64,000 bases of DNA. It comes from Felis catus. Lineage: Eukaryota. The position numbers and the translations under genes are program-made. Shown here in pieces: positions 24,090 through 35,790 of the stretch (the stretch's first letter is position 1; each line of letters begins with the position of its first letter). A model generated the notes under the pieces. The model was not told the origin of the DNA and made no database searches. It saw only the letters and a list, made by a program, of their open reading frames with translations. The stretch covers positions 29,142,001 through 29,206,000 of the forward strand of contig NC_058383.1 in the NCBI RefSeq assembly GCF_018350175.1, in the 5' to 3' direction.

Positions 24090-24769
24090 CTGCTCCGACT
24101 CCAGAGGAGGGCTCGGGGAGGGGGCGTGCTGGAAGGGGCCTGTGCTCTGGAGCCTTCTAGAGCTGGACTTGCACCCCAGCTCCAGCCGTGGGTTCTCGGA
24201 CACATTGCCCTCTCCCCGCCTCTGTTTCCTCAGTGATAAAATCAGGGCGATAAACCTGCCTCTCAGGGTGGTTGCCAGGACTAAAGGAAATCACGTAAAA
24301 GGCCCAGCATACACAAGTGCGCAGTAAATGGCAGTTAGATTTGAAGATGACGCTTTTGAGACCCTGTGTCGTCGTCTGTCAACTGGAGCTGAGTCACCGG
24401 GGATTTGGCTCAGGATTAAATACATGGCGGAGCCCTCATCCATGCTCAGACCCCTATTTTCTTCCCAACTGGACCCCGTCACTTGGAACACTTGTCCTGG
24501 GTTGGTTGGCCCTCAACCCACCCCCCACACACATACAGGCTTTCTCAATGTCTCTTGGGCCATCAAACCCTAGGGTGGTGCTCTGGCTTTTGTTACGTGT
24601 GGAGCCAAAGCTGCAGGTGGGTGTGGAAGTGGGGACCTCCCGTTTTTCCCTGCAGATAGTTCTGTGGTCCTTTGATTTCAGAGCTGGGGTGGAGACTGAA
24701 TGCTGCGTTCTGTCCTTTTCTATAGTTTTGAAATCACTCAGTACCTCCCTCCCCCCCTCCGCCCCGCCA

Positions 24770-27762
24770 CATTCTGTTGTCAAAAATTTCAAACACGCAG
24801 AGAAGTTGAAAGAATTATTCAGTGAACACCCATTTACTCACGTGCCTCCTAGATGGTACAGCTACTATTTTGCTATCTTTGCATTATTACATAACCAGCT
24901 ATCCCTTCTTCCATCCGTTCATCCTAGTTTTTGTTGTTGTTGTTTATTTATTTTGAGAGAGAGAGAGAGCAAGGGAGGAGCAAAGAAGGGAGGGAGAGAG
25001 ATAGAGACAGAGAGAGAGAATCCCAAGCAGTCTCCATGCCATCGACACAGAGCCCCACACAGGGCTCAAGCTCACAAACCGTGAGATCATGACCTGAGCC
25101 AGAATTAAGAGTCAGACACTCAGCCAACTGAGCCACTCAAGTGCCCCAATTCAGCCTAGTTTTTGATGTATTTTGAAGGAAGTCATAAACTTGGGTGCAC
25201 GCCCCCTACCAGATACTTCAGCATGCTTCTCATTAGCCAGAGTTTAATATTTGTTGATGATGGGGGAGTCAGTGGGGATAAAACTTAAAGTGAAATGCTC
25301 AAATCTTTAAAAAAATTTTTTTTTAATTAACATTTATTTTTTTGAGAGAGACAGAGCACAAGCAGGGGAGGTGCAGAGAGAGGGAGACACAGAATCAGAA
25401 GCTGGCTCCAGGCTCTGAGCTCTCAGCACAGAGCCCGACGCGGGGCTCGAACCCACGAACTGTGAGATCATGACCTGAGCCGAAGTCGGTCGCCCAACTG
25501 ACTGAGCCACCCAGGCGCCCCTGAAATGCTCACATCTTAAGTGTACCAATTAAGAAGTTCTAGCAAATGCAACCATAACTACTAAGATACAGACATCCCC
25601 ATCACCCCCAGAATATTCTCTTCTGCCTCTTCCCAGTCAACCCCAACACCGCTGCCACCCCCCAGAGGCACCCACCAGCCTGCTTTTTTTTCCACTACAG
25701 AGTAGTTTGACCTTTTCTGGAACTTCATGGGAATAGAATCATGAAGGGTGTGCTCTCCAGTGAGGCCTCTTTCAGCATGATGTTTTTGAGTCTCATTCAT
25801 GCCATTGCTTGTGTCAGGAGTTCCTTTTTGTGGCCGAGTCTGTTTTTTAGAGAATTTTTTCAATGTTTATTTATTGTTGAGAAAGAGAGAACAGAGGAGG
25901 AGCAGAGAGAGAGAGGGGGACACAGAATCTGAAGCAAGCTCCAGGCTCTTAGCTGTCAGCACAGAGCCCAATGTGGGGCTCGAACTCCTGAACTGCGAGA
26001 TCATGACCTGAGTCGAAGTCGGACACCTAACCAACTGAGCCCCCCAGAAGCCCCATGTTTTTAACTGATGGACGCTATGACTGTTCCCGGTTTGGGGCTT
26101 CTAGGAATAAAGCTGCTGGGAACATTCTAGAAACTCCCAGGTCTTTCTCCAAAGTGGTCGTAGCATTTACATTCTCACCCACAATGTATGAGTGTTCCAG
26201 TAGCTGTCGTCTTTGGCAACACTTGATGTTGTCAGTCTTCAGCCATCCTGGCAGATACATCGCGCATCTCATTGCAGTTTTCCTTTGCGTTTCCATGATG
26301 ATGGCTGATGATGTGTTTATTGGGCATTTGTATGTGTTCCTCTGTGAAGTATCTGTTCAGTCCTCTTGCCTGTATTTTATCGGGTTGTGTCTCTGTTAGT
26401 AAGTTGTAGATGCTCATTATATATTATGGACGTCAGTCCTTTGTCTGATAATTATTGTGTAAATGTTTAGTTCCAGTTTATAGCTTGTTTCTTTTCCTTC
26501 TTTTTCTTCCAGACTTACTGAGATACAATTGATACACAACATTGTGTAAGTTTAAATTTCTTTTAATGTTTATTTACTTTTGAGAGCAAGAGAGACAGTG
26601 TGAGTGGGCGAGGGGCAGAGAGAGAGGGAGACACAGAATCCGAAGCAGGCTCCAGGCTCTAAGCTGTCAGCACAGGGCCTGACACGGGGCTTGAACTCAC
26701 GAACTGCAAGATCATGACCTGAGCCAAAGTCAGAGGCTTAATCTACTGAGCCACCCAGGTGCCCCAGCATTGTGTAAGTTTAATGTGTTCAGCGTGTTGA
26801 CCCAATACATTCCTACACTGCAAATAATAACCACATCGTGCTAGCCAACATGATCACATGATCACCTTTTTTTTTTTTAAATTTTTTTTAACGTTTATTT
26901 ATTTTTGAGACATAGAGAGACAGAGCATGAACAGGGAAGGGGCAGAGAGAGAGGGAGACACAGAATCTGAAACAGGCTCCAGGCTCTGAGCTGTCAGCAC
27001 TGAGCCCGACGCAGGGCTCGAACTCACAGACCGTGAGATCATGACCTGAGCCGAAGTCGGACGCTTAACCGACCGAGCCACCCAGGCGCCCCTTTTTTTT
27101 TTTTTTTTTTTTTTAATTGGTGGTGAGAACATTCAGGATCAACCTCCCGGAAGCCTGTTTATTTTCTTAACAGTATCTTTCATGGCGCAGAAGCTTCTGA
27201 TTTTAATGAAATCTATTTCGTACATTTTTCTTCCTTCCTTCCTGGGACCCATCTGTGGGGATATCATGCCATATCTCTGCCCTTTCTCAGAAACCCCCAG
27301 GTTGTAAAGGTATCCTTTCATGTTTCTTCTGGAAGCTTTAGGGTTCCAGGGTTTACGATTACGTGTCCGATCCGTGTTGCGTTCATTCTGTGTGTATGGC
27401 CTCAGGCGGGAGTTGAGGTCCCTTTGTTTGCATGCGGATATCTGGTTATTCTAGCCCCATTTGTAAAGAACACTCTTCCAATTGGATTGCTTTGGTGCCT
27501 TGCACAAAAATCTTGCGACCTACTAACAAAGCTGGGTCTTAGCATGTGTGCTTTTATCTGTTTTTTTTTATTAATTTATTTCACATTTATTGATTTATTT
27601 AGAGAGAGTGTGAGTGGGGGAAGGGCAGAGAGAGAAGCCCAAGTAGGCTCCGCACTGTCAGCGCAGTGCCCCACGCAGGGCCCAAACCCTCAAGCAGTGA
27701 GATCGTGACCTGAGCTGAAATCAAGAGTCGGACGCTCAACTGACTGAGCCACCCGGGTGCCC
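24770..27762 (-). mobile_element. Old L1M fragments interrupted by six antisense Can-SINEs (~24930-25147, 25310-25521, 25850-26054, 26560-26765, 26870-27092, 27560-27762)
   Basis: Antisense L1 motifs (minus ORFs ...LNRYFTEEHIQMPNKH; IDFIKIRSFCAMKDTVKK) alternate with SINE bodies. Confidence 0.8.
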
Positions 27763-28407
27763 CATCCTGTGTGCTTTTAAAGTGCAGTCACTCTGGCCAA
27801 TCAGCAGCACAGAGAGGCTCTCATGCATTTCTGCGTGTGCATTTCCCACTCTGACATCTTAGGGCTGTTTGCTTGACGCGGAGAGGAAAATGCTGTGATC
27901 CTTGGTTCCTGCTGAGGCCAGGCCACTCTCTCCTGACCTGGGAAACCAGTGAGTGTTAAAAATAGTCCAGTCTTTTTGGGTGTTTTTTTGTTTTGTTTTG
28001 TTTTGAATCTCCTGACTTAAGTTTCATGACTTCGACTGAAATCTTTTTATCCCCCCAAATGATTCATGGGGTAAATTGATGCGTCCGATTTTGTCGAGGA
28101 GGGGAAATGGAATACCTGGAGGCCAGTTCGTGTTTCCCCTGGTTGTGAGCCACCCTGGCCTGCAAGTTGTCTGGTCCCTGATGAGAGCAGTTCAGTCTGT
28201 CTTCTGCCGCTTGCCCATCTCTGTCTCGGGCCCCCCTCGGTCTCAGCCAGGCCATGGCCCTGAACTTGAGTAAAAGCTCTTGGTGTGGCTGTCCCTGCTG
28301 AAAACATTCACGAAAGCTGACAGGGTTAGACAATTTAAAATTGAAATGTGTTAGACAAGACAACTCTGTCATAAAAGAAAGGACAATTAGAAAGAGTCCC
28401 CCACTAG

Positions 28408-28640
28408 GGGCACCTGGGGGGCTCAGTCAGTTGAGCATCTGGCTTGAGCTCAGGTCACGATCTCGCAGTTCGTGGTTGGAGCCTCGAGTCAGGCTCTGTG
28501 CTGACAGCTCAGAACCTGGAGCCTGCTTTGGATTCTGTGTGTGTCTCTCTCTCTGCCCCTCCTCTGCTCACACTCTATGTGTCTCTCTGAAAATAAATAA
28601 ATAAAACATTTAAAAAAGAATAATACAATAAAAAGACACC
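28408..28640 (+). mobile_element. Can-SINE
   Basis: ggggcacctggggggctcagtcag head, (CT)n, A-rich tail. Confidence 0.9.
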
Positions 28641-28720
28641 CCCTGTTTTTTTCTTTTTTCTTTTTCTTCTTTTTTTTTTTCTTTTTGAGGAAGGGAATGT
28701 GTTTCAGAAAAGAGATAGAT

Positions 28721-28947
28721 GGGGCGCCTGGGTGGCGCAGTCGGTTGGGCGTCCGACTTCAGCCAGGTCACGATCTCGCGGTCCGGGAGTTCGAGCCCCG
28801 AGTCAGGCTCTGGGCTGATGGCTCAGAACCTGGAGCCTGTTTCCGATTCTGTGTCTCCCTCTCTCTCTGCCCCTCCCCCGTTCATGCTCTGTCTCTCTCT
28901 GTCCCAAAAATAAATAAACGTTGAAAAAAAAATTAAAAAAAAAAAAA
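28721..28947 (+). mobile_element. Young felid Can-SINE subfamily copy with perfect 14-bp TSD
   Basis: Diagnostic ggtggcgcagtcgg / cttcagccaggtcacg / ctgggctgatggctc; intact CpGs; TSD agaaaagagataga at 28706-28719 and 28948-28961. Confidence 0.93.
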
Positions 28948-30078
28948 AGAAAAGAGATAGAACCCTTATGCCTGTTTCTTTTAAATGAGAACATAGGGAA
29001 ATACTAGAACAGAGAGCTTGGAGCCAGAGAACCTCGCCTGTGTGTGTGATGCGTGTACACGCGGGAACCCCGTGCAGAGGAAGCCAGTGTACCCAGACCT
29101 GTCTCGTGGGATCCATCTGTGGGGATGTAATTGCACATTTCTGAGGCCAGCCGGAGGACCAGGCGCCTGCCTCTTGACGGTTGCCTGCTCCAGCCCAAGG
29201 ACGGTGGAGACAGCAACTCTCCGTCCTGCCTCCCCAGCAGGTGGAATCTTCATTACTGGCAAATGGCCAGGCCTCCAAAAAACACTGACTGAAGGGGGTT
29301 CCCTCCCTCTTCCTACAGTGACGAGGAAAGTAAACTGTGTTCATATCTCCTCCCCTCTGTGCACTGCGGCCCGGTCAGCCTAGCCTCTTAATTCTCAACA
29401 CCCAGAATCTGGGCACCCGGCGTCATTCCTTGGACTCAGGAAGGGCTGATCTTACCCGGAAGCTTGCCCTTCATTTGTTGAAGGGGGCTCTGTGCCTACA
29501 AGCCACCTTGATGAATGATCGTGGTCCGGGAGTGTAGCCTTGTGCCGCTTTTGGAGGCTGTATCTAAGTCGGGGAGGTGGAGAGTCCTTGGGTGTTTTCA
29601 TTTTTTATCCCCCATCATTACTCCATGGCGCAGCTGAATCCCTCTTCTGTAGAGTGTGAATCGGGCACGCCCCACCTTATGGAGCCTCAGAGCCCTCATC
29701 GTCTCCCCTTTTCCGTCCGCCCACTGCCTCTTAAACTTGGAAGCCTTTCCACGGACACCCCGGCTTGAGAAACCGCATGGCCGAGGCAGCATGCTGTGAG
29801 GCTCAGCATCTGCAGTCGGGGATTACCCAGATCTGAGCTCATGACCAGGACCAGGACGCCAGCTCAAGTTCAGTCTCCTGTCCCTCCAGCCGGACCCCCG
29901 CCACCCCCTCCCAGATAATAGGTCTTTGTCCACTTGGCTGCCGTCATTCACTTACACTGGGAAAAACCCAAGAGTCTCCTCTTTGAAAACACATAACCCC
30001 TGTGCTCTGGAACTTTCCATTTCAAAGTAAACTCCTCCTCCAGTCTTCAGTCCTTGCTTTTTGAAAGTAAAATTTCTT

Positions 30079-30255
30079 GGGGCACCTGGGTGGCTCCGTC
30101 AGTTGAGCATCCGACTCTTGGTCTCGGCTCAGGTCATAATGTCACAGTTTGTGGGTTCGAGCCCCGCGCCGGGCTCTGTGCTGACAGCTCAGAGCCTAGA
30201 ACCTGCTTCTGATTCTGTGTCTCCCTCTCTCTGCCCCTCCACTGCTTGTGTGTGA

Positions 30256-30303
<48 letters not shown>

Positions 30304-30340
30304 CCTCTCTCTCAAGAATGAATAAGCATTTAAAAAAAGA
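30079..30340 (+). mobile_element. Can-SINE with long (CT)n and TSD aaagtaaaatttctt
   Basis: SINE body flanked by duplicated aaagtaaaatttctt. Confidence 0.92.
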
Positions 30341-31059
30341 AAGTAAAATTTCTTGTCTACCCTACCATGTGTTTTTCTGTAATCATACTGGGGAATGCAT
30401 ATAGAAACATACTCTATTCTAAATGCTTTGTGATTTTTTGACATGTAGATATCTTACGCCCCACTGAAGATAAAACCGAGGCCCCAGGCAGTTAGGTAAC
30501 TTGCCTTGGAGGTCATGGCCAGTGGCAGAGCCGGAATTCAAACCCCAGTGATGCCCATGTGCCTAATCAAGACTTGTCACTGCCTTATGTCCACATGAGG
30601 GGCATCACGTGGAACAGGAATAAAGAAGTGACAGCAGTATACATCCTGAGGGAATCGGGGCCGCCGGCTCATGGGGGCACATCCTGTGTGCAGCTGGAGT
30701 CCGTGCACTGGGCTGTGGCCAAGTTCCCCCTCTCTTCACACCCCCACCCCACCCTGTCCCTCCCCAGACCTGCCACCTCCTCGTCCAAGCTACAGGTGAT
30801 GATAAAGCTTTGTCTGCATCTTAGACAATTCCTTAAGGGAGAGCTTCCCAGAGGAGGATTTACAGCATCAGGAAGCAGAGGCATCATAAAGGCTCTGGAT
30901 ATGCATGGCCAAATCGATCTCCGTTTTAGGATCCCACCAGAAGCCTCCACACTCTGAGCAGCAACGTGTGGGAAAGGCCCACCTGCCCAGTGAGCCAGCC
31001 AGCCAGTCATTTCACCTACGAAGCCCTGGGGGGGGATCCAGAGCTGGAAGGCACACCCT

Positions 31060-31240
31060 GGTCTTTGAAGCTTGTGCGCTCCCAGCAGCTGCGTCAGTAT
31101 CACCTGAGAACTTGCTAGAAATGCAAATTCTTGGACCTCACTCCCAGTCCTACTGAGTCACAAACTCCAGGGGTGGGGCCCAGCTGTCTGGAAACAAGCC
31201 CTCTGGGTATTTCCAGTGTTTGCTCAGGTCTGGGAGCCAC
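31060..31240 (+). mobile_element. MER5A (hAT-Charlie) MITE
   Basis: atcacctgagaacttgctagaaatgcaaattcttggacctcactccc...tactgagtc...ggggtggggcccagc...aacaagccctc. Confidence 0.8.
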
Positions 31241-31485
31241 CGGTCTTGGGAAAGCTGCAAGGGTAATGCACACGCTTTATAAACCCACTCTGTGAGGGCC
31301 AGGAGCAAATCCAAGGGCAAGGTCACTTCCATCTCCAGCTCACGGTCAACATCATCACCTTAGCTGGTTCGCATCTTTAGGTGGATAATTAGAACCATGT
31401 GGAAAATGTTACTCGTTCATGTTAAGGATCTGGCTCTTCTAGGCAATTGTTATTCATACTTAAGAGGTGTATTATGTGCCAGGCA

Positions 31486-31486
<1 letters not shown>

Positions 31487-31515
<29 letters not shown>
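31487..31515 (+). repeat. (ATT)n microsatellite
   Basis: Trinucleotide run seen directly. Confidence 0.95.
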
Positions 31516-31517
<2 letters not shown>

Positions 31518-34500
31518 CCTCCGGAAGGGAAAAGGAGGGCTTACAGCAGTTTAGCAACAGCCTAACGTCACACAGCTTGTACGTGGCAGAACTCAAATTG
31601 GAACCCCCTCTGTCTGCCAGAAACTGTGCCCTTCGTGGCCACACCGCTTGAGAGAAGGAGTTGAGATCCTTCCATAACGCGGGCGCCTTTCAAATGATTG
31701 GGTTTGTTGCTGTTCTGAAATCTTCCGAAGCTGTCTGTAGCCTCGTACTTGGACAAACCCAAGCTGCTCTTGGACCCACCTAACTCTTGCCTGGTTGACC
31801 ACCCTAGCAGGTTAGCGAGGCGATCTTTTGTTTCCCTCCACGTGTTTCGTTTTGACTCCTAAGGATTTCTTCTAGCGTTTCCGGACTGCCGACATCCCTT
31901 GGTAGGTGAGCGTCTCAGCTGTAGATCACTTGAGTTCTGTGACACTTTATGCAATGAGCTCTCAAGTCCTGTGTCAAGTGACAGGGGCCAGAGTCGCTCG
32001 GGAGCGCAGGGGTCTGAGGGGACGCTGAGTGTGGGCACCTGTGTTTTGTCTGTTATCACCTGCCCCGGGCGGGAGGGGGCGGGGCGGGCAGAGAGCCTAC
32101 AGTTTGGGATCCACACTGGCCCTCTGGCTTCCCCTGGGGCTTGGTGGCCCAGCTTCCAGGGAGTGGCAGTGGGGGACACCAGAGGCCAGACCGAAGAGCC
32201 TGAAGGCTTGCCGCCACCCCAGAGGCATCCCCGCAGAGGGTCTCAAGAGGACCTGCCATCAAAACAGAAGAGACTGCAAATATTCCCTTTTGGGGCCACG
32301 GAAGGGAAGCCAAATGAAATGTGAAGAGGTGTCTGAAAGCCGAGAGGAAACCAGGAAGCCCTTCCAGAAGTTCTATTTGTGGGAAGAAACTTTGGCACGG
32401 GGCAGCCGGCCCTGCTGCAAAAATAGACCGAGATGCCGAGAAATGGCTCCATTCTGGAAGCAAATGTCCCTCTGCGCGGAGCTTGAGCGGGGCCTTTGGA
32501 AAGCTCGGCCCCGCTCCTCTGCCTCCCTCTGGACCCCAGCACTGAGGAGCGAGAGCGAGAAAAGCCAAACATTTAAAAGCAGTCTTGCCTGTCACCAGGG
32601 CTCCACCGTCACCAGTGGGGCCAATGGAAACACAGGGCAAAAAGGAAGGTTTCAAGTCAGCGCCTGGAAACCCAGCAGGTCTGCGGGCCCGGCTCCCCTT
32701 TGCCGTGTTCGTTCTCGGCTCTGCCCCCCCACGGGTGACACGGCTAAGAAAACAGGGGACGGTGCGCAGCAGGAGAAAGTGTGGCTAGACAGAAAACGCA
32801 GACTTCTAGAGATCGAGGGCGGTGCCCCTCAGCAAGGTGTCCTTTAACACACCAGCCTGACAGCCCAGCGGGGGTTGAGATGTGGCTGTGAAAGAAGGAA
32901 AGGTGGCAGGACGGACTCCTGAGGTCCATCGTGACTCCGGAAGGCTGCTCTCGCCCTCTCTCTGTTCCGTGCTCATCTGGCACTGTCTTAGGAGAGCGAC
33001 CCTGGCCTGTTCGCAGCCGCGAGGGAGCGGCAGTGACCGCTGTCGGGGTCGGCCGACCTCCTGCCACCGTGGTGGGGCCAAGCCCGAGAACCATCTGGGT
33101 GGTCCTCTGCCCTGGACTCCCGGCCACGCTACGTGCAGGGTCACGACAGAGTCGTGTTCCTTGGAAAGGAGCATTTTAGTTTATGGCCCAAGTAGTTTGG
33201 AGGAGGGAAAAAAACACCCCATACATGAATGCAGACCCCAGGTCACCTTGCGGAGAACTGGGACACATCGAGCAAATCTGACCCGCTTGCCCCTTCCTGC
33301 AGGAGCTGGATGGGGTCTCTAACTTTGCTCCTTGTGGCCAAGGACTGTCAACGCCGCTGTGGCTCTCTGAGGAGTTGCGGTAGGAGTTGAAAAGGTCCAG
33401 GGTCCTCTGGAATTAGCAGCCCGGGTCACAGGCAGCTCTTGTGTCTTCAGAGGGCATGAGGGCAGCTGTTGGGAGGCTTAGGTGGGGACTGGCGTGGGGG
33501 TTCCCTCTCTGCCGACGGAGAAAGCGCGTGCTCAGGGGGGACCGTCCTGCGGGGAGAATGGAGGGGTCTGCCCCCCAGGAACACCCCAGCTGGTGGTTAA
33601 GATCTCCCTGCAAACACAAGCAGGTGGGAAGGATGAGGGGAGACTGTCAGGAAGACAGAAAGCAGGGAAGAGGGAGAGAGGGAGGCGAGGGGGAGGGAGC
33701 CCGCCGCCCGGTTCAGGAGTGGCAGTGCCTTGAGAGCAAGCATCTGCAACAAGCTGGGGCGGTAGGGCGCTTGGGTTTGCACAAAGCTGCATCTACGTAT
33801 TTGCAATGCTGGACTGACGCAGAAATGGATTGTTTTTTGTTTTTTGTTTTTTTTCCTGGAAGCATCCCATTTCTTTGAACTCTCATGTGCTTCTGGCCGG
33901 ACCTGCCTTTCACAGCCCCCCTCCCTGCAAGCAGGGCCCAGGAGGTGGGCACACGCCCCGGGCCCAGCGGGTCAGAGTGCCCCCGTCTCCCCGGGAGGGG
34001 CCAGTCACTCCCTGGGCAGTTTGGGGCGCTGCGCTGGAAGAAGGTGACCCGAGGCTGCTGGGCAACCATTTCTCTGGTCGCGTGGAGAACCCACCCGCCA
34101 TAGTCGAGGAGGCCACCCGCTTTGGGAATGAATATAGACGGCATCCCCGGGGGCCTGGATCCGTGTTTTCCCACCACTGGATCCCTCCACCCCGTCCCTT
34201 CCAGTGACATCCGTCAGTGTGTCACCTCCCCTCTTCCCGCTTATCTCAATTTGAGTTACATTTCTGTCCCTTGCCACCATAGAAGCCCCGACCATGAGAG
34301 GGAATATTTCGGCACAGGGGGGGCCTGCGGTCTGTGAAAACAGTTCGCCAGTATATAGACCGGCTGTAGACTAATGCACAGAGTCAAACGGGTGTGTATA
34401 GCTTAGGTTGAGAAAGTCCAGGCTTTTCAGGCCCTTGAGAAACTGTCACTGACCTACGGCAAATCCCTCTTCCCCATTCATCCAGGAAGCTTCGTTAATG

Positions 34501-35148
34501 GGATGAGTGCATGGAAGGAGAAGAAAGTCCTTACCCACAAAGAGGCCATGCAGACCTCTGGTTGATGGAAGGCTGCTGTCTCTGGCAGGTTCTGGGGTTT
34601 GAAATGGAGTTCACTGCTTGGGGGATGCCCGTCTCAGCGAGAGCCTGCCCTCCTACTCTGGGGGGGCCTGACGAGGCTCTTCTCCAGGTGGGACGGCCTT
34701 GTGCCTTGGAGTGTGTAAGTCGGTCTCTGCTCCGAGAGAGCGTTATTGCATATGGCCCGTAGCCTCCAGCACTGGCTTCAAACACAGACCATCTGTTGTC
34801 CAGACTTCTTGCTCTATCCAGCCTTCTCTATCACTTTTTCTGAAGCTGGGAACATTTCCCAAACCAACAACTGCCTGGTCCACAGTGTTCCTTGCTGAGT
34901 GTCCCCACAGGAGAGATGCGGGACACGATGAATAAAGCCAGCCATCTTTGCTTCCCACCCTAGCAAAGGGACCGCTTTGCCAGGCTGCAATCATAGACCA
35001 CTTCTGTCTTCCGCTTGCCTTCACGTGGTATAAATCGTCTAGAAGATGGGGCAGGAACTTCAGATGATTTCCCCCCACAGATCCCTAGAAGCATTGGGAG
35101 AAGGATACATTTTGTCATGAGACAAATTAGAAGTCAAGACCAGGCTAT

Positions 35149-35790
35149 GGGGGCACCTGGCAGTTTAGTCGTTGGAGCTTGTGATTCTTCATCTCAGAAT
35201 TGTGACTTCAAGCCCCACGTTGGGCATGGAGCCTCCTTAAAAAAAAAAAAAAAAAAGACCAAGTTCAACTACTTGCTTGCTTTGGACCTTGGATAAGTTT
35301 TGTGAACCTCAATTTTCTGCTCTGTACAATGGAGATAAGAATGCAATAGGGCTTGAGACTGGTTCAGCTGTGAGCAACAGGGGTCTGCATATGGTGGCTT
35401 GAAACACTCGTAAAAGACATCCAAGGGTGATTGTTGCCAGGGTGTGGGGAGAGGGTGAATGGGGAGTTAGTGTCCAGTGGGTACAGAGGTTCAGATTTAC
35501 GAGATGAGAAGTGTGCTGGGGGAGGATGGCAGGGGTGGTTGCATAGCTGGGTGAATGTACTTAGTACCCCTGCGCTGTAGGCTTAAATATGGCTACGATG
35601 GGACATATTATGTTATGTGTATTTTAACTCAAAATATAAAATCACAATTAAAAAATTTAATTCAGAAAAAGGATGTAAGGGCTCCTGGCTGGCTCAGTTG
35701 GTGGAGCATGCGACTCTTGATCTCAGGGTCATGGGTTCAAGCCCCACACTGGGCGTGAAGCCTACTTAAAAAAAGAAAAAACAAAAACCA
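35149..35790 (+). mobile_element. Two short Can-SINE variants (35149-35255, 35678-35790) around an L1MB-like 3' end (35430-35650)
   Basis: Short SINE heads ending aagccccac[g/a].tggg...ttaaaaa; L1 3'UTR ttgccaggg...aatggggagttagtgt...gtacttagtaccc. Confidence 0.75.

Noticed and set aside
24317..25084. 255-aa ORF downstream of PARN
   Set aside because: Runs through L1 and SINE sequence; no protein family resemblance.
32029..32847. Longest ORF in the window (272 aa) and overlapping antisense ORFs
   Set aside because: GTG start, GC-rich low-information composition, no recognisable domain or exon structure; long ORFs on both strands are expected by chance at this GC content.
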